Shown: positions 31,314-41,062, numbered from the stretch's first letter. The stretch is DNA of 50,303 bases from an uncultured Bacilli bacterium (GCA_958421325.1 CATZLO010000003.1:1-50303), one strand, 5' to 3'. Translations and numbers: made by a program. The notes: a model not told the origin generated them from the letters alone.

Positions 31314-31544
31314 AATTTAGAAAAAAGTGCATATCTATGAAAAACATTAGTTATAAAGAGTTTAGAAAATTCTTAAATAGTGATGTAGATGAGGCTATAT
31401 ACTTCGGGTGTAGTAAAGATAATTTAATAACTTTAAAAGAATATTTTTAGAGCGTTTAAAGATAAGATTTGATAGGTGTGAAAGTAATATTGTTAGTAGT
31501 ATGTTATTTAATTTGGTAAAATAACGTTTTAACTTTTTAGATAA

Positions 31545-31583
31545 TATTTTTATTAAAAGAGTGTTAGCATCAGCTAGCACTCT
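31545..31583 (-). terminator. Intrinsic terminator of spoIVB
   Basis: On the minus strand, agagtgctagc-tgat-gctaacactct overlaps the stop codon and is followed by ttttaataaaaat. Confidence 0.6.
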
Positions 31584-32577
31584 TATCTCCTTCTTCTAAC
31601 ATTGTTGTTATGAAAATACCATACCCTTTCTTAGCATCGTTTACGATAACATGAGTAACCGCTCCAACTATTTTATCATTTTGTATAATTGGTGAACCAC
31701 TCATACCTTGGATGACACCTCCAGTTTCATTTAAAAGTTCTTTGTCTGTAATTTCAAAAAGAATATTTTTAATATCACTATCTTTATTAATATTTAAAAT
31801 ATTTATGGTATACTCTTTTACTTCATTACCATTTATAACAGTCCTAATTATGGCTTCACCTTTCTTAACATCATCCTTTGTTCCTACTTCTAAAGCCTTA
31901 TCTTTTAATAGTTCATCTGTATATTTACCGAAAATACCTGATTCTTCATTAGAATTAATCTTACCATAAGTTATTGTCTCATCATAAGTTGCATTTTTTT
32001 CTCCAGGTGAACCGTTTTCACTTTTGGTATTATCAGTTACTGTAGCTTTAAAGATTTTACCATCTTTTATCTCAAATCTTTCACCAGTAGTTCTCTCAGT
32101 TATTTCATGTCCTAATGCACCGAATATAGTTGTTTTGGGATCAATATAAGTTAATGTACCAATTCCTGTTATTTCATCTTTAACATATAATCCGGTCTTA
32201 CAAACATTCTCACTATCACAAAGCATTTCTAAATTTAATGTCGAAGACTTATTATTACGAGTAATGGTTACATCTAACTTATTACTATCTTTTGCTTCTT
32301 CATTAACAACATTCACCATTTCATTAATATTATTAACTTTATTATTATTTATTTCTGTAATAGTATCACCAATTTCAAAACCGGCATCTTTTCCAACATA
32401 TCTACTATTTACTTCATAAAAGCCAACTACTAAAACGCCTTTAGAATTAACTTCTATACCAATGGTTTCTCCACCTGGGATAATATATTTGGAATAAGCA
32501 TAAATGTTTGTGGGCATAATAAAGAGTATAAGAAGAGGAAAAATTATTTGTAGCTTTAATTTTTTTAAAAAATGCAT
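31570..32577 (-). CDS. spoIVB: SpoIVB peptidase (S55 family, PDZ-containing sporulation signalling protease)
   Basis: Signal anchor, PDZ (GFEIGDTITEINNNKV), GTLTYIDPKTTIFGALGHEI, catalytic GMSGSPII. Start placed at ATG 32577, after SD AAGGAG. Confidence 0.85.
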   Translation of the reverse strand: MHFLKKLKLQIIFPLLILFIMPTNIYAYSKYIIPGGETIGIEVNSKGVLVVGFYEVNSRYVGKDAGFEIGDTITEINNNKVNNINEMVNVVNEEAKDSNKLDVTITRNNKSSTLNLEMLCDSENVCKTGLYVKDEITGIGTLTYIDPKTTIFGALGHEITERTTGERFEIKDGKIFKATVTDNTKSENGSPGEKNATYDETITYGKINSNEESGIFGKYTDELLKDKALEVGTKDDVKKGEAIIRTVINGNEVKEYTINILNINKDSDIKNILFEITDKELLNETGGVIQGMSGSPIIQNDKIVGAVTHVIVNDAKKGYGIFITTMLEEGDKSAS

Positions 32578-32641
32578 TTTAATCACTCCTTAGCTACATT
32601 ATTATTATGGAACATTTTAAGAAAAAAAGACGTGTTAAATC

Positions 32642-32670
32642 TTGCCAATATTAATCAAATATGATATAAT
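32642..32670 (+). promoter_or_regulatory. Strong sigma-A promoter with extended -10
   Basis: TTGCCA (32642-32647), 17-nt spacer ending in TGa, TATAAT (32665-32670). Confidence 0.6.
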
Positions 32671-32695
32671 ATAGAGCTAATTAAGGGGGAATACT

Positions 32696-32998
32696 ATGAA
32701 AGTATGGAAAACTGCTAAATTTTTAAAAAAAGATAAAAATATAGAGTTAATTACTAGAAGTTATATTAATTATATATATAAATATGGGCCAATTAACGAC
32801 ATTATTAGAAAATATAATATTAATCCAAGTGATATTTATAAATTAAATCAATATACTGCTAATAGAATAGCGGGATTACTAATATTATATCTTGCTAAAG
32901 ATAAGAAAAGACTTAATGATATAGTGTTAAAATATGATACTAGTGATCTATTAGTTAGTGATGTTACACCAGAAATAGAAGGATATATAGAAAGGTAA
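32696..32998 (+). CDS. Hypothetical protein (100 aa)
   Basis: SD AAGGGGGA upstream. First gene of a same-strand cassette. No family recognised. Confidence 0.6.
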   Translation: MKVWKTAKFLKKDKNIELITRSYINYIYKYGPINDIIRKYNINPSDIYKLNQYTANRIAGLLILYLAKDKKRLNDIVLKYDTSDLLVSDVTPEIEGYIER

Positions 32999-33007
32999 GG
33001 GGAGTTT

Positions 33008-33115
33008 ATGGAAGCGAGAAAGGTTAAAGGAAATTACAATAAAAAGAAAAATCTTAAAAAACTTAGTTGTTTATCTAATAATAGAAGAGTTAATACAACA
33101 AAATTATTTAAATAA
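33008..33115 (+). CDS. Small, very basic hypothetical protein (35 aa; not in the ORF track)
   Basis: MEARKVKGNYNKKKNLKKLSCLSNNRRVNTTKLFK. SD AAGGGGAG lies 4-5 nt upstream of ATG 33008. Confidence 0.4.
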   Translation: MEARKVKGNYNKKKNLKKLSCLSNNRRVNTTKLFK

Positions 33116-33137
33116 AGATGTATGGAGATAATAAAAT

Positions 33138-33596
33138 ATGAAAACAAAAATTTATAAAGTGCCATTTTATGTCACTAAAGATATTATAGGAAATAAAGGA
33201 AATTATTTTTGTGAAAATAAAGGAATGGTTGTTGTAAGAAAAAATATTATAGGAAAGACCAAAGAAATAATAACTGGTTTTAATGGTTTTTTCTATGCTA
33301 ATAATGAAAGCGATGAATCTTTTATAGATGATATGATTTACAGTTGTATGAATGGATTTTCTCTATATGATACAGATTCTAGTTTTTTGGAAAAAAATAT
33401 TCAAAGAGATGGTTTTGCAATTTCTATTGATAAAAATACTTTTACAGATAAAAATTTAGCAACTTTAGAAGATATAGAAGATTGGGAAAAGAATTTTGCG
33501 AATAGTGAATTTTATAAATGTTATGAGCAAATGCATATTATTCCTAAAGAAGAGAAAAAGGCAATGAGAGGAAAGGTTAAAAGCTTAAAAGCTTAA
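33138..33596 (+). CDS. Hypothetical protein (152 aa)
   Basis: ORF track with SD-like GGAGA upstream. No family recognised. Confidence 0.6.
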   Translation: MKTKIYKVPFYVTKDIIGNKGNYFCENKGMVVVRKNIIGKTKEIITGFNGFFYANNESDESFIDDMIYSCMNGFSLYDTDSSFLEKNIQRDGFAISIDKNTFTDKNLATLEDIEDWEKNFANSEFYKCYEQMHIIPKEEKKAMRGKVKSLKA

Positions 33597-33622
33597 ATAT
33601 CCGAATAATATAGGGGGTTATT

Positions 33623-34642
33623 ATGTATTCTAAAGAATTGATATATAATTATATGATAGGTAATTACATTGAAAACTTAGATGAATTAGAAAGTGATAAT
33701 GACTTTCTTTTTCTAGTCTTAAAAGAATCTAAAGATATCTCATATTATAGTTATCTAGATATATTTTATAGAAGGAACTATAATGTTATTAAATATATGT
33801 TACTTAACTTTAAAGATAATTTTGATGTCTATAGGGAAGATGCTGATTACTTATTAGATAGATTAGATAGAGATAGTTCAGAATATAAAGAGATTATCAT
33901 TTTAATGGCTTCTATAGATAAAAATGCTTTTAATAACTATAAAATATATAGAACCAGTTTTTATGCTGAAGATAGAGTAGAAGTAGGAGCAGTTCAAAAT
34001 AGTGATAAAGAATTTGAAGAATTAATAGGACTTGGTTTTGAAGTAGTTTTATCTAAGTATGAAGATAAGCCTTTAATACTTGATTATTATGCTATATGCT
34101 TTTTATATGAGATATTTTATGAAGATAAGAATTTTGAAGAAATAGTTCATGGAAATATTAAAGATAAAGAGAAATTAAATAAACTAGGTAATACTAAGTT
34201 TTTGTTAGATTATATTGGTAATTTAGATTACTATTTAAAAGAATATTTAAAAGAGCATTTATATCTTTTAGATAATTTATCTAACGACTTGGATTTAGTT
34301 AAGAATAACTGGGATAACTATATTAAAAGAATTAATGAACAAAGAGTAGCGATAGTTTATCAAGTAGTGGAACAATTTATGGAAACATATCGAGGAAAAT
34401 TCTATTTTGATATATATGGGACTTTGGATAAAATAATTCGTAAATATCACTTAGAAGGAATATTTGAACTTGAAGAAGAGATAGAAGAATTTGATTTAAA
34501 AGATAATGAATACTTAAAAGAAAAATTTACTTCTGATATGGATAAGTTAATTACTGGATTATTTAGGGAAGATGTAATCTTTAATGATAATAGTGATTAT
34601 GATAATAATAATGCAAAAGTTATAGAATTTAAAAAGAAATAG
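33623..34642 (+). CDS. Hypothetical acidic, probably helical protein (339 aa)
   Basis: SD AGGGGG upstream. Rich in D/E/Y/L. No family recognised. Confidence 0.65.
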   Translation: MYSKELIYNYMIGNYIENLDELESDNDFLFLVLKESKDISYYSYLDIFYRRNYNVIKYMLLNFKDNFDVYREDADYLLDRLDRDSSEYKEIIILMASIDKNAFNNYKIYRTSFYAEDRVEVGAVQNSDKEFEELIGLGFEVVLSKYEDKPLILDYYAICFLYEIFYEDKNFEEIVHGNIKDKEKLNKLGNTKFLLDYIGNLDYYLKEYLKEHLYLLDNLSNDLDLVKNNWDNYIKRINEQRVAIVYQVVEQFMETYRGKFYFDIYGTLDKIIRKYHLEGIFELEEEIEEFDLKDNEYLKEKFTSDMDKLITGLFREDVIFNDNSDYDNNNAKVIEFKKK

Positions 34643-34665
34643 ATTAAATAAACCTATTTCTTTTT
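34633..34665. terminator. Bidirectional hairpin between convergent genes
   Basis: aaagaaatag-(11 nt)-ctatttcttt. It overlaps the stop of the 339-aa ORF. The T-tract is weak. Confidence 0.4.
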
Positions 34666-34756
34666 AAATTACATAAAAGAATACTACACTAATTACCCCC
34701 ACTAGTATTGCTACTAACATAATAGCAGAAATTATTTTGATCATTTTTTGACTCAT
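34664..34756 (-). CDS. Small hydrophobic peptide (30 aa; not in the ORF track)
   Basis: MSQKMIKIISAIMLVAILVGVISVVFFYVI. SD GAGGTGA lies upstream. A minus-strand promoter TTTACA-17-TATAAT spans 34774-34802. Confidence 0.45.
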   Translation of the reverse strand: MSQKMIKIISAIMLVAILVGVISVVFFYVI

Positions 34757-34856
34757 GTTTTCACCTCACTTCAATTATATATAAAAAGTCTATTTTTGTA
34801 AAATGAATTTAGGTAAATAATAGATAATTATGAATAGTATTAACTAGGTGATTATA

Positions 34857-35486
34857 ATGGATTTAAAACTTAAAAAAGTAAAAACTAAAGTAACTGATAA
34901 ACTAGCAGAGCAAAAGAAAATATATATATTTCTAATAGTAGTAATGCTTATAGGATTAATATTTGGTATTATTTATGCTGTAATATTAAATAAAAGTGAC
35001 CATGCCTTAGTTACTACTAGTTTAGATAGTTTCTTTACTAGTATTAAAAATAATGATATTGATTATAAAAGAGCTTTAATTAATAGCTTAGTTGGTAATA
35101 TATCTTTTGTAACTTTTATTTTCTTACTTGGTATTTCTATTATAGGAATACCTCTAATTATCTTTAGTTTAGCATCTACTGCTTTTATCTTTGGTTTTTC
35201 TTTATCATCAATTATTTATACATATCACTTTAATGGTATTTTAAAGGCCATTACTTATCTTTTTCCTCATCAGTTGATTACTTTATTAATGAGCCTATTT
35301 TTAGGCTTCTATGCCCTTTATTTTGGTATTAAATTATTTAAATATTTATTTAGAGGTATAGATATTAATCTAAGAAGTTCTATGAAAAGATATCTACAAG
35401 TATATATAACAGTTTTATTAACGTTTATATTATGTAGTTTTATAGAAGTATTTTTGTCTCCAGCTTTAATTAAATTAGTTGTTTAA
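34857..35486 (+). CDS. spoIIM: Stage II sporulation protein M-like membrane protein
   Basis: ~210 aa with a five-TM architecture and an N-terminal charged segment typical of SpoIIM. Start placed at ATG 34857, after SD AGGTGA. Confidence 0.6.
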   Translation: MDLKLKKVKTKVTDKLAEQKKIYIFLIVVMLIGLIFGIIYAVILNKSDHALVTTSLDSFFTSIKNNDIDYKRALINSLVGNISFVTFIFLLGISIIGIPLIIFSLASTAFIFGFSLSSIIYTYHFNGILKAITYLFPHQLITLLMSLFLGFYALYFGIKLFKYLFRGIDINLRSSMKRYLQVYITVLLTFILCSFIEVFLSPALIKLVV

Positions 35487-35660
35487 TTTTTATGTAAAGT
35501 TTTTCCAAACATTTTATCTATTATTAAATTACTACTTATATATCTTTTTAAAACTGTTATTCATTAAACTACCCTTAAAGTATAATGCAATTATAAGCTG
35601 TTTTACCTTGAAAGTAAAAGGTAAATATAGTATAATTAGTACGAATTAGAGGTGGTAGTT

Positions 35661-36770
35661 ATGTCTAAAGTAGTAGTGGGAATGAGTGGCGGAGTAGATT
35701 CATCTGTCGCTGCCATTCTTTTGAAAGAACAGGGTTATGAAGTTATTGGACTATTTATGCGTAATTGGGATAGTTCTATTAATAATGATTTTTTAGGGAA
35801 TCCTAATTTAAATAATAATATTTGTCCTCAAGAAGAGGATTATAATGATGCAAAGAAAGTGTGTGATAAGTTAGGTATTCCTCTACATAGAGTAGATTTT
35901 ATTAAAGAGTACTGGGATGATGTATTTACTTATTTTTTAGATGAACTTAATAAAGGTAGAACCCCTAATCCTGATATTATGTGTAATAAATATATAAAGT
36001 TTGATTTATTTGTAAAAGAAGCGAAAAAGTTAGGGGCAGATTATATTGCTACAGGTCACTATGCAAAAATAGAAAATGGTAGACTTATGAGAAGTCATGA
36101 ACATAATAAAGATCAAACCTACTTCTTATCACAAGTATCTAAAGAACAACTTAAAAATGTTTTATTTCCACTAGGAGATATTAAAGATAAAAAAGAAGTA
36201 CGAGCCATTGCAGAGAAGTATGGATTAGTAACTGCTAAGAAAAAAGATTCAACTGGTATTTGTTTTATAGGGGAAAGAAACTTTAAAAACTTTCTTAAAA
36301 ACTATTTACCTAATAAGAAAGGCAATATTGTTAATATAGATACTAATGAAGTATTAGGAGAACATATTGGCCTTATGTATTATACGATAGGGCAGAGAAA
36401 AGGTCTTGATGTTGGAGGAACTAAAGATAAGTTATTTGTAGTTGGGAAAGATTTAAATAAAAATATTTTATATGTTGCGGAAGGGGAGAACAATAAGTAT
36501 TTATATTCAGATAGTGCAATCTTAGAGTCTATTAATTTTAATTGTGATGAAAGGCCAGTAGAATGTACTGCTAAATTTAGATATAGAGCCCCTGATGTAC
36601 CTGTTAAATTAGAGTATCTTGATAATGGAGAAATATTAGTAAGATATGACGATGTAAAAGCGGTAACACCTGGACAAGCTTGTGTTTTCTATAATGGAGA
36701 GTATTGTTTGGGTGGTGGCATTGTTAAAGAAGTTAGAAAAGATGTTGAGAAACTATGGTATTTATTGTAG
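35661..36770 (+). CDS. mnmA: tRNA-specific 2-thiouridylase
   Basis: PP-loop [33 protein letters not shown]. Start placed at ATG 35661. Confidence 0.93.
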   Translation: MSKVVVGMSGGVDSSVAAILLKEQGYEVIGLFMRNWDSSINNDFLGNPNLNNNICPQEEDYNDAKKVCDKLGIPLHRVDFIKEYWDDVFTYFLDELNKGRTPNPDIMCNKYIKFDLFVKEAKKLGADYIATGHYAKIENGRLMRSHEHNKDQTYFLSQVSKEQLKNVLFPLGDIKDKKEVRAIAEKYGLVTAKKKDSTGICFIGERNFKNFLKNYLPNKKGNIVNIDTNEVLGEHIGLMYYTIGQRKGLDVGGTKDKLFVVGKDLNKNILYVAEGENNKYLYSDSAILESINFNCDERPVECTAKFRYRAPDVPVKLEYLDNGEILVRYDDVKAVTPGQACVFYNGEYCLGGGIVKEVRKDVEKLWYLL

Positions 36771-36807
36771 TTTCTTTTTTTTGTAAAGTATTTTACATAA
36801 ATTTTAC

Positions 36808-36836
36808 TTGACTAAACTTGTCAAACTAATTAAAAT
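36808..36836 (+). promoter_or_regulatory. Sigma-A promoter of the HTH gene
   Basis: TTGACT (36808-36813), 17-nt spacer, TAAAAT (36831-36836). Confidence 0.5.
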
Positions 36837-36857
36837 GTATTATAGGTGGTGTGTGAC

Positions 36858-37625
36858 ATGAAAAACTTAAACATTTTATTAAGTGAACTTGGAATTTCAA
36901 AGGTGAGGCTTGCTAAGTATTTAGGTGTATCAAGACAGATGCTATATAATTATTTAGCAATGGATAGTTTAAAAGAGTGGCCTAAAGAGAAAGCTGTAAG
37001 ATTACTTGCCTTATTAAATATAGAAGATGAAGATGGAGTAAGCGGAGTAAATGTAACAAGTGATTATATTATTGAAGTTGAAAATAGATTAAATGAAGGT
37101 GTTAAAGATTCATCTAATAGAGAAGTATTGGCAGATCTTAAATGTTTTAATAAAAAGGAACAAGAAATAATGGCTGATATTATCAATCTTTTGAAAGAGA
37201 AGTTAGCAGATGATAAGACTAAAACTACTTATAATACATATGTATATTTATATCACTATTTACAATCAATGGAAACGGCAGATGAATTAAGATATATACT
37301 AGCTTATATGTCTAAATCTATGGGATTTACTGATCCAATGGAATTTGTATTTGAAAAAGATAAACAATTTATATTTGAAAGTATTTTATTCTCTGCTATG
37401 ACACTATATCATAACGGAGGAGCATCTAAAAGCAAAATAGCTGAAACTCATAAGAGATTTGTTCAAGATATTGAAATGAAAAAAGAAGAAAAACTTAGTC
37501 GTACTCAAGAGTTAAATACTGCTAAAGTGCAAGCTTTAAGGGAACTAGGATACAGTGAGATTAATGAGATTAATGCTAAAGAAGTACTTGAGAAAATAGC
37601 AGAAATTCAGTCAAGAAAGGTATAA
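36858..37625 (+). CDS. Helix-turn-helix (Xre-like) domain protein with an uncharacterised C-terminal domain
   Basis: N-terminus LSELGISKVRLAKYLGVSRQMLYNYL is a classical HTH. The remainder is unrecognised. Start placed at ATG 36858. Confidence 0.65.
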   Translation: MKNLNILLSELGISKVRLAKYLGVSRQMLYNYLAMDSLKEWPKEKAVRLLALLNIEDEDGVSGVNVTSDYIIEVENRLNEGVKDSSNREVLADLKCFNKKEQEIMADIINLLKEKLADDKTKTTYNTYVYLYHYLQSMETADELRYILAYMSKSMGFTDPMEFVFEKDKQFIFESILFSAMTLYHNGGASKSKIAETHKRFVQDIEMKKEEKLSRTQELNTAKVQALRELGYSEINEINAKEVLEKIAEIQSRKV

Positions 37626-37712
37626 AGTGTATAATTTTTTAATTATAATAGCAGTTTAACAAGATTAATAGGGACAAAAATTTAGAAACTATCTATAAAA
37701 ATAAAAGTGGTA

Positions 37713-37859
37713 ATGACCAAAGTTAAAAAGAGTTTTTATAATAAAATTAGATGTTTAGAACCAGAATATAAAGTTATACCGCAAGCTAATTTAGTTCCTA
37801 TTATAAGCAAGGAAAATAATAATAGATATTATATTGAGAATAAAAACAAAATAGACTAA
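37713..37859 (+). pseudogene. Possible fragment of a DUF2726-like gene (48 codons)
   Basis: MTKVKKSFYNKIRCLEPEYKVIPQANLVPII...NKNKID resembles the N-terminal third of DUF2726 proteins and stops where the conserved D-F core would begin. This is a weak call. Confidence 0.25.
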
Positions 37860-37976
37860 AAAAATTAGTTTTTATTAATCATATTAAAGCGTAAATTAAG
37901 TGTAAAGTACAAAGTGAAGTAGGGTAGTAGTATTACATTTTTTTGATATAATTTAATTGTAGAGAGGTGTATATAT

Positions 37977-38273
37977 ATGAGTAATTCTGAAATTATTTTT
38001 GCTTCTTTATTTGGCTGGTTTTTAATGTTAGGTTTGCCTTTAATTATAGCATTAATTATTATTAAACATTTGAGAAAAAGAGATATTAAAAGACAAGCTA
38101 GATTTGAAATAGGAGTTGAAAAAGAAAAAGAACGTTTATTAAATAATAATACATATAATACCGATGATGTTTCAAATTCTACTTCGCTTTTTGATTTAAC
38201 TATTATTCCTGTATCTATCATAGTCGTTATTTTATTATTTTTTTTATTTGTTGCTTTATTTAATATATTATGA
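37977..38273 (+). CDS. Small two-TM membrane protein (98 aa)
   Basis: SD AGAGGTG lies 7 nt upstream. Two hydrophobic helices flank a charged loop. Confidence 0.55.
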   Translation: MSNSEIIFASLFGWFLMLGLPLIIALIIIKHLRKRDIKRQARFEIGVEKEKERLLNNNTYNTDDVSNSTSLFDLTIIPVSIIVVILLFFLFVALFNIL

Positions 38274-38636
38274 TATATTATTTTTGAAGAGAAAAAGCTT
38301 CATTTTTAACTTGTGATAATAGTTAACATAATATATATTATAGGAAGTTAAATATTTGGTTATTTAAGACTAACAATTATTCATCTTAAGACTCTTGCTA
38401 TTTTATTGATTTCTAATAATCTATAATTTAGTAATACTTTATAATATGTTTTTTGTGTTTTATCTATATAGTATAAAATATTATTATATTATTATATTAT
38501 TATATAATTAAACCTATTAAATTATATATCTACATATTGTACAATTATTTATTTTCTTGCGTAATTACATTCAGCCTAATATACTACTATTCTTATAATA
38601 CTACTATTCTACTCTTTTAATATAAGTCAAACAAAG

Positions 38637-38687
38637 TAGGGGAAGTGAATAAAAAAATAGGGGAATAATATTATATTTTTAGGGAAA
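38637..38687 (+). repeat. Three phased direct repeats TAGGGGAA/TAGGGGAA/TAGGGAAA
   Basis: Copies start at 38637, 38658 and 38680 (21- and 22-nt spacing), just upstream of the SD of the DUF1540 gene. Confidence 0.5.
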
Positions 38688-38714
38688 TATAATATTGAAG
38701 GAGAGATAAAAAAG

Positions 38715-38891
38715 ATGAAAAAACAAAATATTAAGTGTGATGTTGATAGTTGCAAATATAATAGTAATAATAAAGAATGCAACTTAGATGAAATTCAAGT
38801 TAGTAGTAACTGTGACTGTCCAAAAGATGAAGTTTGTGAACAAGAACAAACTGTATGTGCGAGTTTTGAAAAAAATGAAGAAAATAACTAG
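38715..38891 (+). CDS. DUF1540-family small Cys-rich protein (58 aa; not in the ORF track)
   Basis: MKKQNIKCDVDSCKYNSNNKECNLDEIQVSSN...TVCASFEK matches the DUF1540 pattern (C.V..C.y.....C.a..I.V....). SD AAGGAGAG upstream. Confidence 0.7.
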   Translation: MKKQNIKCDVDSCKYNSNNKECNLDEIQVSSNCDCPKDEVCEQEQTVCASFEKNEENN

Positions 38892-38916
38892 TAGATTAAT
38901 TCTACTAGTTATTTTA
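38888..38916. terminator. Bidirectional terminator between the DUF1540 gene and deoB
   Basis: ctagtaga-ttaat-tctactag, flanked by T-rich sequence on both strands. Confidence 0.6.
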
Positions 38917-38938
38917 TACCCTAAACTACTCCTCTTCC

Positions 38939-40108
38939 CTACTCTAGTTTATCTAAGATGCTAGTTCCAATTTCAGGAGGTGTAATTTCAAAATTATCTG
39001 CTATTGTCGCTCCAATTACTGCTATAGTATCTTGAATTTCTAATCTTTTTGGTTTTTTAAAACTTCTACTATATAATATTAAGGGAACGTTTTCCCTTGT
39101 GTGATCATTACCTTTAAAAGTAGGATCACTACCATGATCTGCTGTAATTATAAATAAATCATCTACTTCTAATTTATTTAAAATTATGGGTATTTCTACA
39201 TCTAACTCCTCTATTGCTTTAGCATAGCCTTCTACATCTCTTAAATGACCATATAGACTGTCAAAATCACATAGATTTACCATACATAGTCCCGTAAATT
39301 TTTTATCCATAACATTAGTTAACTTATTAATGGCATCCATATTAGAATTAGCTTTTAAAGTTTTATTTATACTCGTTTTACTAAAGATATCATTCATTTT
39401 ACCTATGGCAATAACATTATAATTATTAGTATTTAGATAATCTAAAATAGTTTTGGATGGAGGAGCGACTGGATAATCTTTTCTTCCGGCATTATTTAAT
39501 TTAAATTTACCATTACTGCCTGTAAAAGGCCTTGCTATTACTCTCCCTACTAAAAATTCATCTTTTAGTGTTAATTCTCTAACTTTTTCGCAATAACTAT
39601 ATAAAGTTTCTGGGCTAATTACGTCTTCATGAGCAGCAATTTGTAAATCGGAATCTGCTGATGTATAAACTATTAGAGATCCATAATCTACTTGCCTCTC
39701 ACCAAGTTCAGTGATGATGCTATTGTCATTGCTACATTTATTACCTATAACTCTTCTTCCTGTAGTAGTTTCAATTTCATCAATTAGCTCAATAGGAAAT
39801 CCATTTTCATTAAAGGTTTTAAAAGGGGTATTTGATGTGATTCCCATCATTTCATAGTGTCCAGCTAAAGTATCTTTCCCAGCATTATTAGGCCTTGCGA
39901 TAGTATAATAAGCCTCTACATCAGTATTTTCATCCATATTTAAAGTATTTAGAAAGCCAATCTTAGCAAGATTAGGAATAAATAAATCATATTTTTCTTT
40001 AATATGCCCTAAAGTATTAGAACCACTATCTCCATAACTAGCTGCATCTTGTGCTTCTCCTACTCCTAAGGAATCTAAAACCATTAAAAATATTCTTTTA
40101 AATCTCAT
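38939..40108 (-). CDS. deoB: Phosphopentomutase
   Basis: MVLDSLGVGE, ITADHGSDP, and typical length. Adjacent to xerD, as in Bacillus. Start placed at ATG 40108, after SD AAGGAG. Confidence 0.92.
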   Translation of the reverse strand: MRFKRIFLMVLDSLGVGEAQDAASYGDSGSNTLGHIKEKYDLFIPNLAKIGFLNTLNMDENTDVEAYYTIARPNNAGKDTLAGHYEMMGITSNTPFKTFNENGFPIELIDEIETTTGRRVIGNKCSNDNSIITELGERQVDYGSLIVYTSADSDLQIAAHEDVISPETLYSYCEKVRELTLKDEFLVGRVIARPFTGSNGKFKLNNAGRKDYPVAPPSKTILDYLNTNNYNVIAIGKMNDIFSKTSINKTLKANSNMDAINKLTNVMDKKFTGLCMVNLCDFDSLYGHLRDVEGYAKAIEELDVEIPIILNKLEVDDLFIITADHGSDPTFKGNDHTRENVPLILYSRSFKKPKRLEIQDTIAVIGATIADNFEITPPEIGTSILDKLE

Positions 40109-40110
40109 AA

Positions 40111-41010
40111 TCAATTCTCCTTCTTTGCTCTTGGATGGTTGTTCAGATAATCAATCTTAACCTTTTTATTAGTTATATGTGTATATATACGAGTAGTAGC
40201 AATATCAGAATGTCCTAAAAGCATCTGAATACTTCTTAAATCTGCTCCTCCATTTAATAAGTGAGTTGCAAAAGAATGTCTTAAACTATGAGGGGATATT
40301 TCAGGATCGAGTCCTTTTTCTTTTAAAATTTCTTTTAAGTTTTTAAAGAATCCTTGTCTTGATATACCAGTACCTCTAGAGTTTAAAAATAAGTAATCAG
40401 ACTGTTTATTTTTTAATAATAGATGTCTTTTATTTAAATACTCATTTAAATAATATTTTTCTACATCATTAATAGGAACAATTCTCTCTTTACTACCTTT
40501 ACCCTTAACTCTAACAATATCATTATTAAAGTCAATATCATAAGCTGTTAGATTAATAAGCTCAGATACTCTTAGTCCTGAACCATACATCAATTCTAAC
40601 ATAGCTTTATTCCTATAGTCAAATGGGGTGTTTAGTTCTATATCTAAAAGTTTATCTACTTCTTCTATAGTTAAACCATGAGGAAGCGTTTTAGTAGTTT
40701 TAGGTCTATCAATAAATTCACTAGGATTATTAGTTTCATTTTCCTCTTTTTCTAAATAGTTATGAAAGTTCTTAATGGTAGTAAGTTTATGAGCGACAGT
40801 TTTACTATCCTCATTACGTTCATAACAATATTTTAGATATTTAGTTATAATGTCCTTTGTTATATTTTTAGTATTATTTATCTTTTCTTTTTCTAAAAAC
40901 CTAATATAGTCTTTCATCTCATAGCCATAACTTTTAATACTATTATTAGAAAGTCCTTTTTCAAATTCACAGTAATTTAGAAAATTTTCATTAGCAGTTA
41001 TAAGTTTCAT
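40111..41010 (-). CDS. xerD: Tyrosine site-specific recombinase XerD
   Basis: GLRVSEL (Arg I), HSLRHSFATHLL (H-x-x-R), LLGHSDIATTRIYTH (catalytic Tyr). N-terminal SAM-like domain. Confidence 0.88.
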   Translation of the reverse strand: MKLITANENFLNYCEFEKGLSNNSIKSYGYEMKDYIRFLEKEKINNTKNITKDIITKYLKYCYERNEDSKTVAHKLTTIKNFHNYLEKEENETNNPSEFIDRPKTTKTLPHGLTIEEVDKLLDIELNTPFDYRNKAMLELMYGSGLRVSELINLTAYDIDFNNDIVRVKGKGSKERIVPINDVEKYYLNEYLNKRHLLLKNKQSDYLFLNSRGTGISRQGFFKNLKEILKEKGLDPEISPHSLRHSFATHLLNGGADLRSIQMLLGHSDIATTRIYTHITNKKVKIDYLNNHPRAKKEN

Positions 41011-41062
41011 AACATCATCCTCATAATTATTATATAACTATTTGAAGATTTTGTAAAAGCGT

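Noticed and set aside
31337-31450. A 37-aa ORF (MKNISYKEFRKFLNSDVDEAIYFGCSKDNLITLKEYF) between the DUF1653 gene and spoIVB
   Set aside because: It has no SD and no recognisable family. It may be a gene fragment, but there is not enough evidence to call it.
38440-38520. A repeat array or CRISPR-like structure in tattatattattatattattatataatt
   Set aside because: It is pure AT low-complexity sequence without a defined unit or spacer structure.
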